Source of the DNA: Pseudomonadales bacterium
Lineage (GTDB): Bacteria > Pseudomonadota > Gammaproteobacteria > Pseudomonadales > JAHRWD01
Direction of reading: 5' to 3'
Length of the DNA: 64,000 nt
Assembly (NCBI GenBank): GCA_029210125.1
Contig: JARGPR010000002.1
Location: 231,232-295,231, forward strand
Shown: in pieces, positions 1 to 9,494 of the stretch
How positions within the stretch are numbered: position 1 is the first letter of the stretch
Layout: each line of letters starts with the position of its first letter
Position numbers and translations under genes: made by a program
The notes under the pieces: model-generated
What the model was told of the DNA's origin: nothing
The model's database searches: none
The model's input: only the letters and a program-made list of their open reading frames with translations

Positions 1-2
1 AG

Positions 3-290
3 TTACTTGAGGGATTTTCTGCCCATGTTCGCTCTCTAATCCGAAAAACAGATTTATGTGCACGAACAGTGGAAAACGCAATATGGTTGCTACTTCCCCA
101 TACTGATGAAGAAGGTGTAATAGGACTAGAATCAAGAATCGAGACCGCAACGCAGCTCACCAAACAGCCAAACGATCAATTACTGGTTTGCAATATGGCA
201 CACTTCTCGTCAAGTAAATTCCCCACCGTGATAGAAGATGCCAAGCTATTATTAGCGCAAATGCAAAGTGAGCTTATTGATGCTGGATAA
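3..290 (+). CDS. C-terminal fragment of a degenerate GGDEF-domain protein (5' end outside the window)
   Basis: Frame 3 is open from the window edge to TAA at 288-290. The translation ...SLIRKTDLCARTVENAIWLLLPHTDEEG... aligns to the diguanylate-cyclase core RxxD(I-site)-x5-GG[DE]EF-xxxLPxT. RKTD is retained and GGDEF is replaced by VENAI. Confidence 0.55.
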   Translation, partial: LLEGFSAHVRSLIRKTDLCARTVENAIWLLLPHTDEEGVIGLESRIETATQLTKQPNDQLLVCNMAHFSSSKFPTVIEDAKLLLAQMQSELIDAG

Positions 291-1623
291 TCTCATCCAA
301 ATATTTGAACAGTCTTTAACTGTTCTACTGGTATTTATCTTTAATGAAGGTGACCTGGCCCTATTCCTATACAAATTCGTACCCTTTGTGCTTTTTTTGG
401 AGTTGCCGGTATACGCTTTCATCTGGATCGGGGTCATTCGAAGTTTACAGCGCCAGGATGCTGAAACGCCATTCACCCAACCTTTTCTGCCACGGGTATC
501 TGGCGTTATTTTAAGCTACAGCGAAGGTTATGAGATAACTCCAACCGTTTTATCCTTCCTGGAACAGAACTATGCAGGGCATATTGAAATCATAATTGCT
601 GTGGATGGCTCTATTGAAAATAGTGAAACCTATAAAGCGGCTATTAGCATGATCACGCTTGCCGACCGCTATCAGAACCGTTCCATCATTGTGTTACCAA
701 AACTTATTCGGGGAGGCCGTGTATCCTCGTTTAATGCTGCTATGGAATCGGCAAGTGGCGAATTTTTAATGCCCATCGACGCGGATACCACCCTGGATAA
801 CAATGTAGTGCAAGCATGTGTCCGGCATTTTACTGATAAAAATACAGTAGCCGTTTCTGGTCCACTACGAGCCACAGCCAACCACCACTCTGTTATCTCC
901 CGACTTCAATCGATTGAATATATGATCTCTATTTATGCAGGTAAACTTGGTCTTGCTGAGTTTGGAGTTATCAATAATATACCCGGTGCTTTTGGTATAT
1001 TTAGAAAATCATTTGTTAATAGTATTGGTGGCTGGAATACCGGTACGGCTGAAGATCTGGATATGACCGTCCGAATCAAACAATACCTGGGTCGATATCC
1101 CTATCTAAAAATTGTATTTGAACCAACAGCGGTCGCCCACACCACCGTTCCAGATACCCTTTTCCTGTTTTTATCACAACGCCTACGCTGGGACGGGGAT
1201 CTTTCTTATATCTATTTACGTAAGCACCGCTTGGCATTTTCCCCAAAAATAATTGGTGTAAAGAACTTTATCGCTACCTTATGGTATGGGGTTAGCTTTC
1301 AAATAGTCATGCCATGTCTAATTTTTGTTTATTTAATATATATGGCCTTTGTGCAAACTGCATCCGTATTTATTGCAACCATGGTATTAATTTATATTTT
1401 CTACCTGCTACTAACCGTATGCCAATTTGTAATGTTTTTAATGCTCCTTTCCGAACGTCCACGGGAAGATATAAAACTTCTATGGATGCTACCAGTATTC
1501 CCTCCCTTCGCATTTTTTATACGCATATGGAGTTTCGTTGCCAATTTGAACGAATGGTTTAATAAAGGCCATCTCGATTCTGCAATGGCCCCATGGTGGG
1601 TATTAAAAAAAGACAAATATTAG
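268..1623 (+). CDS. Processive family-2 glycosyltransferase (PgaC/NodC/BcsA-like polysaccharide synthase)
   Basis: 451-aa ORF with hydrophobic helices at both ends around a GT-A core. Motifs are IDADTTLD (DxD), GTAEDLDMT and QRLRWDGD (QxxRW). GTG at 268 overlaps the upstream ORF; an alternative ATG lies at 280. Confidence 0.85.
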   Translation: MSLLMLDNLIQIFEQSLTVLLVFIFNEGDLALFLYKFVPFVLFLELPVYAFIWIGVIRSLQRQDAETPFTQPFLPRVSGVILSYSEGYEITPTVLSFLEQNYAGHIEIIIAVDGSIENSETYKAAISMITLADRYQNRSIIVLPKLIRGGRVSSFNAAMESASGEFLMPIDADTTLDNNVVQACVRHFTDKNTVAVSGPLRATANHHSVISRLQSIEYMISIYAGKLGLAEFGVINNIPGAFGIFRKSFVNSIGGWNTGTAEDLDMTVRIKQYLGRYPYLKIVFEPTAVAHTTVPDTLFLFLSQRLRWDGDLSYIYLRKHRLAFSPKIIGVKNFIATLWYGVSFQIVMPCLIFVYLIYMAFVQTASVFIATMVLIYIFYLLLTVCQFVMFLMLLSERPREDIKLLWMLPVFPPFAFFIRIWSFVANLNEWFNKGHLDSAMAPWWVLKKDKY

Positions 1624-3786
1624 ATGATTTATTCCACAAACAAATATAGTCGACATAGATACCTAATTTTTATTTGGTTCGCCTGCACACTATCGATGGT
1701 CGTATCATCGGCCAATAGTGAAACTATATCTCTTACTTCTCTCCTTGATGAAATTGAAGACTCACCCCATTTGGCAATTTCAAAATTAGACCACACCATT
1801 AATACCGCTGATGTAAAAAAACATGGGGCTAAACAAAACTGGGAACTTTTTGGTGGTGCCGGTATAGCTAACGTTGAAGAAGCAGTTACCCAAAATCGTT
1901 CCAGAAATCATACCGATGTAATTGCACAGCTTGGAGTCCGATACCCTTTTATGGGAGGTGACGATAAAACCGAACGAGCGTTGCACATCGCCAAGGGAAA
2001 TGTGCTCGTCAGTGAAATCAAGCTAAAGCAGTCGATGGAAGTTATACGTTATCAGATTGAACAAGCATACAGCCAATACTGGGCCGCACAGACTAAAGTC
2101 ACTCTTTCCAACGCCTATAGCCAACTATCAGAACAAATAAAAAACATATTGAGCTTACGCCGTGACGCGGGTCTGCTGCTTGAATCAGATAGGCAAGAGT
2201 TTTTAGCAGGTTTTGAGCGTGTAAATTATATTAGCGTGCAACAACAATCCAAAGCAGACCAGGCACATCGCAAATTACGCCGGCTAACCAATCGTGATCT
2301 GCCTGCATTTGACGCAGTTAAACCAACGTTTTACACCCCCCCTTTGAATACACCCGATTCGATTTTTATAAATAAGGATCACCCGGAACTGCAGGTTATC
2401 AATATAGAACTTGAGACCCAAAGAAAACAACTTAACGCATCTAGACGGGACCGGGTTTATGCTGATTTTGTTGTAAAAACAGATCTTGTACAAGAATTCT
2501 CAGGGCAAACTGGACATGGTGTTTATGCAGGTATTAGCTTTCATATGCCGCTATTTTACAACAGCTATAAAGATGCCGATAACGATTATGTAGAAGCTAG
2601 CATTCAGAAATCTGAATTTGAATACCATCAACGTAATGGTCTGCTAATTGAGCAAGCTCGGCTAACCGAAAGTTTGTATCGAGACTACATAACACGCATT
2701 CAACTGAATAAAACGCAACTAACAGCGCTGCGCAAACTTGTAGAGGAGCGATCCCAACGTGTTGAAAGACTCGATGGTGATGTGTTGAGTGCATTGGTTA
2801 TAGGTATGTACCGTTATTACATACAATCGATTGAGTTAATTGATGTACAGATGAAACTATGGGAAACACAAACAAAACTGCGGAAATTTCCGCAATGGAT
2901 AAATCTTCTAAATCAGCAACCGCCGATTGATATACCCGATTACAGCGCACTATCTGATATCATATTTAGATCACAATACAGCATACAAAATGCTACAGGC
3001 TCCCTACAAAAACCGATTCAACCACAAACACGAAAAACGGTAACCGGAGTATATTTATGGCGCAGCCATGACATTGTGAATCAAACTGATAACAGTTTTT
3101 GGCGACAACTCCGATCCAAACAAATCGGACTTATTTTGCTCTCTCTTGATGCATCCCAAATCAAACAAGCAACTGAAGATCCCAACATAATCAGATCGTT
3201 TCTCTCGTCAGCAAAGGAAAATAATATTTCAGTAGAGCTACTGTTGGGTGACCCAACCTGGGCACTACCTGAACATAGAGAAAGCTTATTCGAGATTATT
3301 TCAAAACTGAATAAACTACCCTTTGACGGGCTGAATCTAGACATTGAACCAGATAGTCTCACAGACAATGTAACGGATTCACTGATTAAGGACTGGCTGG
3401 AAACTATTCGTGGTGCAGTTACACGTTCGCCCTGGCCGGTTTCAGTTACAACCCATTTTCGTTACCTCGATCAGCCACAGAACTCACATTGCACACCCTG
3501 TGAATTAATTACTATGGGTGTAAATGGTGTTTCAGCAATGGTTTTTGTCAGTAACCCCAAACGAGTGGTCGAAATCGTCGATCCGATACTGAAAAACTAC
3601 CCAACATTACAGATCAGTGTTGCACAAAGTTTAGAGCACCACCTTAGCAAAGAAGAAAGTTACGCGAGTTTCTCCCCTAAAGAAGTCACACGCCGTATGA
3701 ATAACATTCAAGAACACCTCAGCAAACGCAAAAATTTTGGTGGTATGGTTATTCAATCATGGTCTAATTTTAGGAATACAAACTAG
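1624..3786 (+). CDS. Outer-membrane efflux (TolC/OEP)-like protein fused to a C-terminal TIM-barrel, glycoside-hydrolase-like domain
   Basis: 720-aa ORF whose ATG directly follows the GT2 stop (TAG 1621-1623). It has a signal-like N-terminus (LIFIWFACTLSMVVSSANS). Residues ~35-440 show the helix-rich two-repeat OEP pattern. Residues ~470-720 show eight spaced hydrophobic strand segments (GVYLW, GLILLSL, VELLLGDP, GLNLDIEP, VSVTTHF, VSAMVFV, LQISVAQS, GMVIQSW). Confidence 0.6.
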   Translation: MIYSTNKYSRHRYLIFIWFACTLSMVVSSANSETISLTSLLDEIEDSPHLAISKLDHTINTADVKKHGAKQNWELFGGAGIANVEEAVTQNRSRNHTDVIAQLGVRYPFMGGDDKTERALHIAKGNVLVSEIKLKQSMEVIRYQIEQAYSQYWAAQTKVTLSNAYSQLSEQIKNILSLRRDAGLLLESDRQEFLAGFERVNYISVQQQSKADQAHRKLRRLTNRDLPAFDAVKPTFYTPPLNTPDSIFINKDHPELQVINIELETQRKQLNASRRDRVYADFVVKTDLVQEFSGQTGHGVYAGISFHMPLFYNSYKDADNDYVEASIQKSEFEYHQRNGLLIEQARLTESLYRDYITRIQLNKTQLTALRKLVEERSQRVERLDGDVLSALVIGMYRYYIQSIELIDVQMKLWETQTKLRKFPQWINLLNQQPPIDIPDYSALSDIIFRSQYSIQNATGSLQKPIQPQTRKTVTGVYLWRSHDIVNQTDNSFWRQLRSKQIGLILLSLDASQIKQATEDPNIIRSFLSSAKENNISVELLLGDPTWALPEHRESLFEIISKLNKLPFDGLNLDIEPDSLTDNVTDSLIKDWLETIRGAVTRSPWPVSVTTHFRYLDQPQNSHCTPCELITMGVNGVSAMVFVSNPKRVVEIVDPILKNYPTLQISVAQSLEHHLSKEESYASFSPKEVTRRMNNIQEHLSKRKNFGGMVIQSWSNFRNTN

Positions 3787-4853
3787 TGAAAATTAAATTT
3801 GACCCCCCAGAACAACGTACCCCAGATCGCGATCAGGGAATAAAGGTTCAATACCATACCGCTCGCCGAATTACAGTACGATGGCGTTGGTATCTCATAT
3901 TATTTATCGTTGCCAGTCCGCTTGTCTATTTTTTAGCGACTATCCTACAAACAGTTTTTATTGTTGAAGCCGATGGTTATATCCAGCTAGATCAAATCGA
4001 CATTCACTCGCCAACAAATGGTCAGATTGACCAACTACATATCAGCACACAAGATTCAGTTGTCGCAGAGCAGATACTGATCAAAATAAATAATTTGGCA
4101 TTGAGTGATCGACAGACACGCGTGCAAAACGAAATATTAGTACTTGAGCGCCAAAAACTAGTTGATGGCACGCTCTCCATACAACAAGCAACTCAAGAAA
4201 GAATAGCCTTTGCAAACCAACAAAAAAGTTATTATGAGAAGCGTCTAAACAAATATATATCCCTATACAACAAAGGGGCTGCCACAGAATCAGAAATCAA
4301 TACCGCTCGTGCTCAATATGAAGATGCACTAAATACTGCAATGGTGGAAAACTTAAGGCTCCAGTCACCCACACAGGAATCCCAGCAGCGAGACACAAAA
4401 TTGGAGAGTTTGAATCTGGAGCTGACAGCGATACAGAACCAAATCGAACTACAGACTATTTTTGCCCCAAAAGATTCTAAGGTTGCAGATATTTTTGTAA
4501 ACCAAGGAGAGTTTGTAGGAGCCGGAACGCTTATTGCCACGCTTGTATCCCAATCTGAAATTACAATGACGGCATTTTTAGATCCTCGCTTCGCTGACGA
4601 CTATGCAAAGGTTGGTCAAACAGCAACCATCAAGTTTCCCAGCGGGGCTACCAAAAGCGCATACATTGCCGAGGTTCCGGAATTGACCAGTCGATCCCCT
4701 AATGACATATCCAATATTTTTTCAAAACAACCTATGATGATTCTGGTGAAACTCCGGTTCGATGAACCCATAACCGAGCCTTTACCGAACGGACTACCCG
4801 TTAAAGTACGTTTTCACTACAGTTGGGAGCAAACCTTTAAAAACGACCAATAA
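3786..4853 (+). CDS. HlyD/EmrA-type periplasmic adaptor (membrane fusion protein)
   Basis: 355-aa ORF. The GTG start overlaps the previous stop by 1 nt. It has a single N-terminal TM helix (WRWYLILFIVASPLVYFLATIL), a long Q/E/L-rich coiled-coil middle and a C-terminal beta-rich region (TATIKFPSG...LPVKVRF). Confidence 0.7.
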   Translation: MKIKFDPPEQRTPDRDQGIKVQYHTARRITVRWRWYLILFIVASPLVYFLATILQTVFIVEADGYIQLDQIDIHSPTNGQIDQLHISTQDSVVAEQILIKINNLALSDRQTRVQNEILVLERQKLVDGTLSIQQATQERIAFANQQKSYYEKRLNKYISLYNKGAATESEINTARAQYEDALNTAMVENLRLQSPTQESQQRDTKLESLNLELTAIQNQIELQTIFAPKDSKVADIFVNQGEFVGAGTLIATLVSQSEITMTAFLDPRFADDYAKVGQTATIKFPSGATKSAYIAEVPELTSRSPNDISNIFSKQPMMILVKLRFDEPITEPLPNGLPVKVRFHYSWEQTFKNDQ

Positions 4854-4912
4854 AATAAGTGGGTACGCAATTCCAGCTATTTGCAGTCTTTTTCGCATTT
4901 GATGAGCAGAGT

Positions 4913-5449
4913 CTAGCCCAATTGCAACAACTCCCAATGCACCTCACACTCACCCAACTCCGCTGCAGTATAGGCTGACTCACCGGTGATGGTAACCGAG
5001 ATATCCATCGTACGCTGCAGTAGTTTCGCTAAGTCCTGTATCTCTTGATGGCATAACCGAAAAATCGAAACCGGCAACTGTTCAAACTTGTCTCTGGATT
5101 GATTCCACCAAACATCCGATTTGGAATTAAAACTGTAAACATATACCTGCTTTGCAATACGGGTTGCCTTTTTGATGCGATCTACCGAAGGCTCACCGAC
5201 ATCAATCCATAACGAAATTTGATCATCGAGAGTCTTGGCCCATAACGCAGGTTCATCCACCTCCGATAATCCTCTGGTAAAGGCCAGTTGTTCATGAGCA
5301 TGAATACAAAAACAGAGCACCCGGGCCATCAACCGTTCCTGAGTTTCCGAAGGGTGTTGCGCAACCGTCAGATTAAGCGTGTCATAGTAGTTACGATTAA
5401 CATCCGATAGCGCAATATTGAATTTGTAGATGGTGGGTTTTAGTGCCAC
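4913..5449 (-). CDS. yaeQ: YaeQ family protein
   Basis: 178 aa. The N-terminus MALKPTIYKFNIALSDVNRNYYDTLNLTVAQHPSET and the overall length match the YaeQ family. Confidence 0.8.
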   Translation of the reverse strand: MALKPTIYKFNIALSDVNRNYYDTLNLTVAQHPSETQERLMARVLCFCIHAHEQLAFTRGLSEVDEPALWAKTLDDQISLWIDVGEPSVDRIKKATRIAKQVYVYSFNSKSDVWWNQSRDKFEQLPVSIFRLCHQEIQDLAKLLQRTMDISVTITGESAYTAAELGECEVHWELLQLG

Positions 5450-5548
5450 AAATAGTTCTCAAAGGTAATTGAAATGGTTCGGTGTTCGATAGCTCTCCAT
5501 GATACAGGAGTCCATGCAATGCATCGCCAAGGTTTGTTCTCTGCAAAG

Positions 5549-6040
5549 TTACCCTTGCAGCAACCCCACCTTCAAATCCGTTGCTTTATAGATTACCCGA
5601 CCATCATGACTAACGGTTCCATCGGCTATACCTATCGCCATCGGTTTTTTGAACACACGTTTGATCTGCAACTGATATTGAATAGAACCTGCATCGGGAT
5701 ATATCTGCCCGTTAAATTTCAACTTACCCACTCCCAGAGCACGTCCTTTTCCTGGCAATCCCGACCAACCCAGAAACACTCCGAGCAGCTGCCATAAAGC
5801 ATCTAAACCAAGACAACCAGGCATCACCGGGTCACCTTTAAAATGACAATCAAAGAACCAATGATCCGGGTTAATTTTTAGGTCCGCGTCCAGGGTTCCT
5901 TTTTTATAAAAGCCACCACTGTCATCGATATGGCTTATTCTGTCGATCATCAACATCTGAGAATTCGGCAGCTGTGCATTGCCGGTACCAAAAAAACCGC
6001 CTTCAGACATTGCCAATATTTGAGCGTTTGAAAACTGCAT
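5549..6040 (-). CDS. fabA: 3-hydroxydecanoyl-ACP dehydratase/isomerase FabA
   Basis: Colinear with E. coli FabA, including [25 protein letters not shown] and GKGRALGVG...KF.GQ. No fabB is adjacent. Confidence 0.9.
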   Translation of the reverse strand: MQFSNAQILAMSEGGFFGTGNAQLPNSQMLMIDRISHIDDSGGFYKKGTLDADLKINPDHWFFDCHFKGDPVMPGCLGLDALWQLLGVFLGWSGLPGKGRALGVGKLKFNGQIYPDAGSIQYQLQIKRVFKKPMAIGIADGTVSHDGRVIYKATDLKVGLLQG

Positions 6041-6089
6041 CTAAATTCTCCAAAAAAGCAGGAGATTCAGTTTGCCTAATCAGACTTGA

Positions 6090-6914
6090 TCAAGGATTGT
6101 AAAAATCGGACTTAAAGCGATTTGCAAATATAGAAGGGTTCCTGTGCAGGTATTTCTTATAGTCATTTAGTAGATGAGACTGGTCGAAATACCCAAGTTC
6201 TATCGCCGTATCAAGCGTGTTGCTCGGTGCTGAATACAGCTGCTTGCAAGCATGTTGAAAGCGAATCGTTTGAGAAAAAGATTGTGTGCTCAACCCCGTA
6301 TGACGCCGAAACATGCGATTAAGATGACGACTGCTCCAGCCTACTTCAGCGGCGAGTCGCTCTATTCGAATCGTACCCGAGGAGTTAAGTATTAACGCTA
6401 AAGCCTGATCAAAGCGGTCAAACGGCCGGGAATTCAGATGCATCAACAACCATCGCTCACACACCTTTGCTCTTCGTAAAAAAGTGGGTTGCTGATAAAT
6501 TTTCTCGTGAAGGGTGGCAAACCGCGAACAGGGTATAAATCCTGTATCGACAAATTGGTTGGTAATTTCCTGCAAATTCAGATCGAAAAAATGCCGCAAA
6601 GCGCCCGGGTAAAAACGAATTCCGAAATATTGCCCCGCTTCGAATAACTGCACATCACAGGCTTTTTGTTGAGTGCCACTCATCAAACTACCCCCAATAC
6701 CAATATAGATCGCTTGAGTACCATCCGGTACAACAGGGTACGGGGTTGGCCTGTCGGCATTGATCTGGATATAGGAGTGAATCAGATGTTTGAGTGCTCT
6801 GCTGCTGCCTGTTTGGTGTAGCGATAAGCCAAGGCTTTGCAGGCCAGAATCGGTTAGCGTCGGCTGAAAGGGTTGGTAAAGTAGCTGCATGAGTGGTTGC
6901 ATAAGTGACTGCAT
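6090..6914 (-). CDS. AraC-family transcriptional regulator
   Basis: C-terminal double HTH typical of AraC/XylS (SSRHLNRMFRRHTGLSTQSFSQTIRFQHACKQL...ELGYFDQSHLLNDYKKY). Several candidate Met starts occur near the N-terminus. Confidence 0.8.
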   Translation of the reverse strand: MQSLMQPLMQLLYQPFQPTLTDSGLQSLGLSLHQTGSSRALKHLIHSYIQINADRPTPYPVVPDGTQAIYIGIGGSLMSGTQQKACDVQLFEAGQYFGIRFYPGALRHFFDLNLQEITNQFVDTGFIPCSRFATLHEKIYQQPTFLRRAKVCERWLLMHLNSRPFDRFDQALALILNSSGTIRIERLAAEVGWSSRHLNRMFRRHTGLSTQSFSQTIRFQHACKQLYSAPSNTLDTAIELGYFDQSHLLNDYKKYLHRNPSIFANRFKSDFYNP

Positions 6915-6957
6915 GAGTAATCAAACCAATAGCGAAACGTCCGCTTGGAGCAAACGC

Positions 6958-7458
6958 CTAGCCCTTACGGCGAGCCCTGAAAAAATCCTGTATCTGCCGT
7001 TTGCACTCCTCCTCCATCACTCCGGCTTGCCATTCGATCTGGTGGGTCAACTCGGCATTATCCAGTATTTTTAATTGACTGGTGATCGCACCGTTGCGTG
7101 GCTCCGGAGCACCGAACACCAGGCGACCAACCCGCGCATGTAGCATAGCTCCAGCACACATGGCGCAGGGTTCGATCGTTACATAGAGAGTAGTGCCAGG
7201 CAGACGATAATTCTGAACGTTTGAAGCTGCGTCTCGCAACGCTACAATTTCAGCATGGGCACTGGGGTCACAGCTACCAATCGGTTGATTCCAGCCACTA
7301 CCTATCAGCTCACCGTCCCTAACAAGCACTGCACCCACCGGGACTTCACCCGCCATTGCAGCGCGCTCAGCTAGCTGAAAAGCACGCTCCATCCAATAAT
7401 GATCATCAGGCATCTCACCCCTGTTTTCATCAGATTCAGTTGTTTCGTGTATCGACAA
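6958..7458 (-). CDS. tadA: tRNA adenosine(34) deaminase TadA
   Basis: Cytidine/deoxycytidylate deaminase zinc motifs HAEIVALR and PCAMCAGA, with TadA-like size. The track start is TTG; an internal ATG (MPDDHYW) is also possible. Confidence 0.85.
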   Translation of the reverse strand: MSIHETTESDENRGEMPDDHYWMERAFQLAERAAMAGEVPVGAVLVRDGELIGSGWNQPIGSCDPSAHAEIVALRDAASNVQNYRLPGTTLYVTIEPCAMCAGAMLHARVGRLVFGAPEPRNGAITSQLKILDNAELTHQIEWQAGVMEEECKRQIQDFFRARRKG

Positions 7459-7558
7459 AGCTACTCTCGCTCAGATAAAAAACCAGCATGATTCAATGTT
7501 ACGGGGACAAAAGCTACCGCAAAATTGTTCTCGATAACCGGCGAGAGACAAATAGAAG

Positions 7559-8599
7559 CTATGCAAAGTACTGACGGGTTCTATTTGACAATGCTACCAA
7601 CGAAAGCATAACGGGCACTTCGACCAACACTCCCACAACCGTGGCTAACGCGGCACCGGAGTTCAGCCCAAACAGGCTAATGGCAACGGCAACGGCTAGC
7701 TCAAAGAAGTTGGATGTTCCTATTAGCGCAGCCGGCGCGGCAGTGGTAAAGGGTACGCGCCACAGGTAGCCCCATCCATAAGCGAGGACAAAAATCCCAT
7801 AACTTTGAATCATTAAGGGGATGGCGATCAGGGCTATGACCATCGGTTTATCTAAAATAGTCTGGGCCTGAAAGCCGAACAATAAAACCACAGTCGCCAG
7901 AAGCCCCATAATAGAAAACGGCTTAACCTTGGCTGTAAAGTGGCCGATTCGCTCATCATTGCCAGCGCCATTCAGTACTCGGCGGGTCATATAACCTGCC
8001 GCAAGAGGAATAACGACGTAGAGCACAACGGAAAGCACTAACGTTTCCCACGGTACCACAATATCCGTCACGCCAAGCAGTAAGGCCGCGATCGGCGCAA
8101 AGGCGAAGACCATGATAATGTCGTTGATGGAGACTTGCACCAAGGTGTAGTTAGCATCGCCCCGTACCAGCTGGCTCCAAACAAACACCATCGCGGTACA
8201 AGGGGCAACGCCAAGCAAGATCATTCCGGCGATGTATTCCTTGGCCGTTTGCGGATCAACCCATCCGGCAAATAGATACTCGAAGAAGAAAACCCCAAGA
8301 GCTGCCATGGTAAAAGGTTTGATCAGCCAGTTTACAACGAGCGTTATGCATAAACCTTTGGGTTTTTTGCCAACATCTTTCAAAGAGGCAAAGTCGACAT
8401 TGACCATCATGGGATAGATCATCACCCAGATAAATACGGCAATCACTAGATTTACGCTGGCATATTCTATACGCGCAATCGACTCGAAAAGGCTTGGTAA
8501 CACCACACCTAGTCCGACACCAGTAGCAATACATAAACCAACCCACACTGACAGATAGCGTTCAAATAAGCCCATGGGTGCCGCCGTATCCGTGCTCAT
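7559..8599 (-). CDS. acr3: ACR3-family arsenite efflux permease
   Basis: 346 aa and polytopic. The N-terminus [23 protein letters not shown] and the C-terminal [13 protein letters not shown] are typical of Acr3. It overlaps arsC by 4 nt. Confidence 0.9.
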   Translation of the reverse strand: MSTDTAAPMGLFERYLSVWVGLCIATGVGLGVVLPSLFESIARIEYASVNLVIAVFIWVMIYPMMVNVDFASLKDVGKKPKGLCITLVVNWLIKPFTMAALGVFFFEYLFAGWVDPQTAKEYIAGMILLGVAPCTAMVFVWSQLVRGDANYTLVQVSINDIIMVFAFAPIAALLLGVTDIVVPWETLVLSVVLYVVIPLAAGYMTRRVLNGAGNDERIGHFTAKVKPFSIMGLLATVVLLFGFQAQTILDKPMVIALIAIPLMIQSYGIFVLAYGWGYLWRVPFTTAAPAALIGTSNFFELAVAVAISLFGLNSGAALATVVGVLVEVPVMLSLVALSNRTRQYFA

Positions 8600-9006
8600 A
8601 ACAGTTCCTCCTCTATTCGATTTCTGATCATCTGAAACACATCATCAAATGCTTTTTCTATTTCTTCGTTTGTGCCGTCTGCTTTAGCAGGATCAGGTAT
8701 GCTCCAATGTATTTTTTCACACTGCCCCAGGAATACCGGACAACTTTCACTGGCAGCCTGATCGCAGACGGTGATGACCTGGTCAAAATTTCGGTTTTCG
8801 AATTCGTCCCACGATTTACTTCGAGGCTCGCCTGCATTGACTCCATGACGCTCCAGCGTCTCAATAGACTGAGGGTGAACATAGCCAACCGGAAAGCTGC
8901 CTGCACTGACGGCGCTGAACTTTCCCTGCCCCAAGTGATTAATAAGCGCCGCAGCCATGATGGAACGGCAAGAATTTCCAGTGCAAAGAACGAGAACATT
9001 TTTCAT
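8596..9006 (-). CDS. arsC: Arsenate reductase, LMW-PTPase (thioredoxin-coupled) type
   Basis: CTGNSCRS P-loop near the N-terminus. The ATG at 9006 overlaps the upstream stop (TGATG), so the 140-aa track ORF is trimmed to this start. Confidence 0.85.
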   Translation of the reverse strand: MKNVLVLCTGNSCRSIMAAALINHLGQGKFSAVSAGSFPVGYVHPQSIETLERHGVNAGEPRSKSWDEFENRNFDQVITVCDQAASESCPVFLGQCEKIHWSIPDPAKADGTNEEIEKAFDDVFQMIRNRIEEELL

Positions 9007-9479
9007 CACGCACAACATCCCGTTGTGCTCTCAGGAGACTCACAACCGTCCGGCTGGCTTTTTGTTTCCGGCGCGCAACATGTCCCCGCCTCTGACTCAG
9101 TCGATGCAGAAAACAACTGGACGTCCTCCATGGTTTTGTATGCCTCCCATGGAATACCCGAAGGATCTTCTACCCACGACTTATCTGAGCGGGCGTAACA
9201 GCAAACCGTCTCGCCTTCGTCAAAGACAGACATGTCTGCGCCCTTAAGACGTTCGCGTAATTCTTGCAGCTCACTCTCTTCGTCTACTTGTAGACCCAAA
9301 TGATCTACTCCCTCCTTTCCAGCACGGGTGGAGATCGCAAAGTTGACTTGAGGGTCATCCAGCATCCACTTCGCATAATCCGTCTTGGTTTTCACGGGCT
9401 GCGCCCCAAAAAGAGCGCTGTAGAAGATGATACTTTGATTGAGGTTTTCCACCCCTATATGAATGTGCATACGTTTCAT
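9006..9479 (-). CDS. ArsI/CadI-type glyoxalase-fold (VOC) protein, possible C-As lyase
   Basis: VOC-fold N-terminus (MHIHIGVENLNQSIIFYSALFG...DHLGLQV), a vicinal Cys pair (GETVCCYAR) and a Cys-rich C-terminal tail. It sits between arsR and arsC. Confidence 0.6.
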   Translation of the reverse strand: MKRMHIHIGVENLNQSIIFYSALFGAQPVKTKTDYAKWMLDDPQVNFAISTRAGKEGVDHLGLQVDEESELQELRERLKGADMSVFDEGETVCCYARSDKSWVEDPSGIPWEAYKTMEDVQLFSASTESEAGTCCAPETKSQPDGCESPESTTGCCA

Positions 9480-9494
9480 CGACGTTACCTCTCT

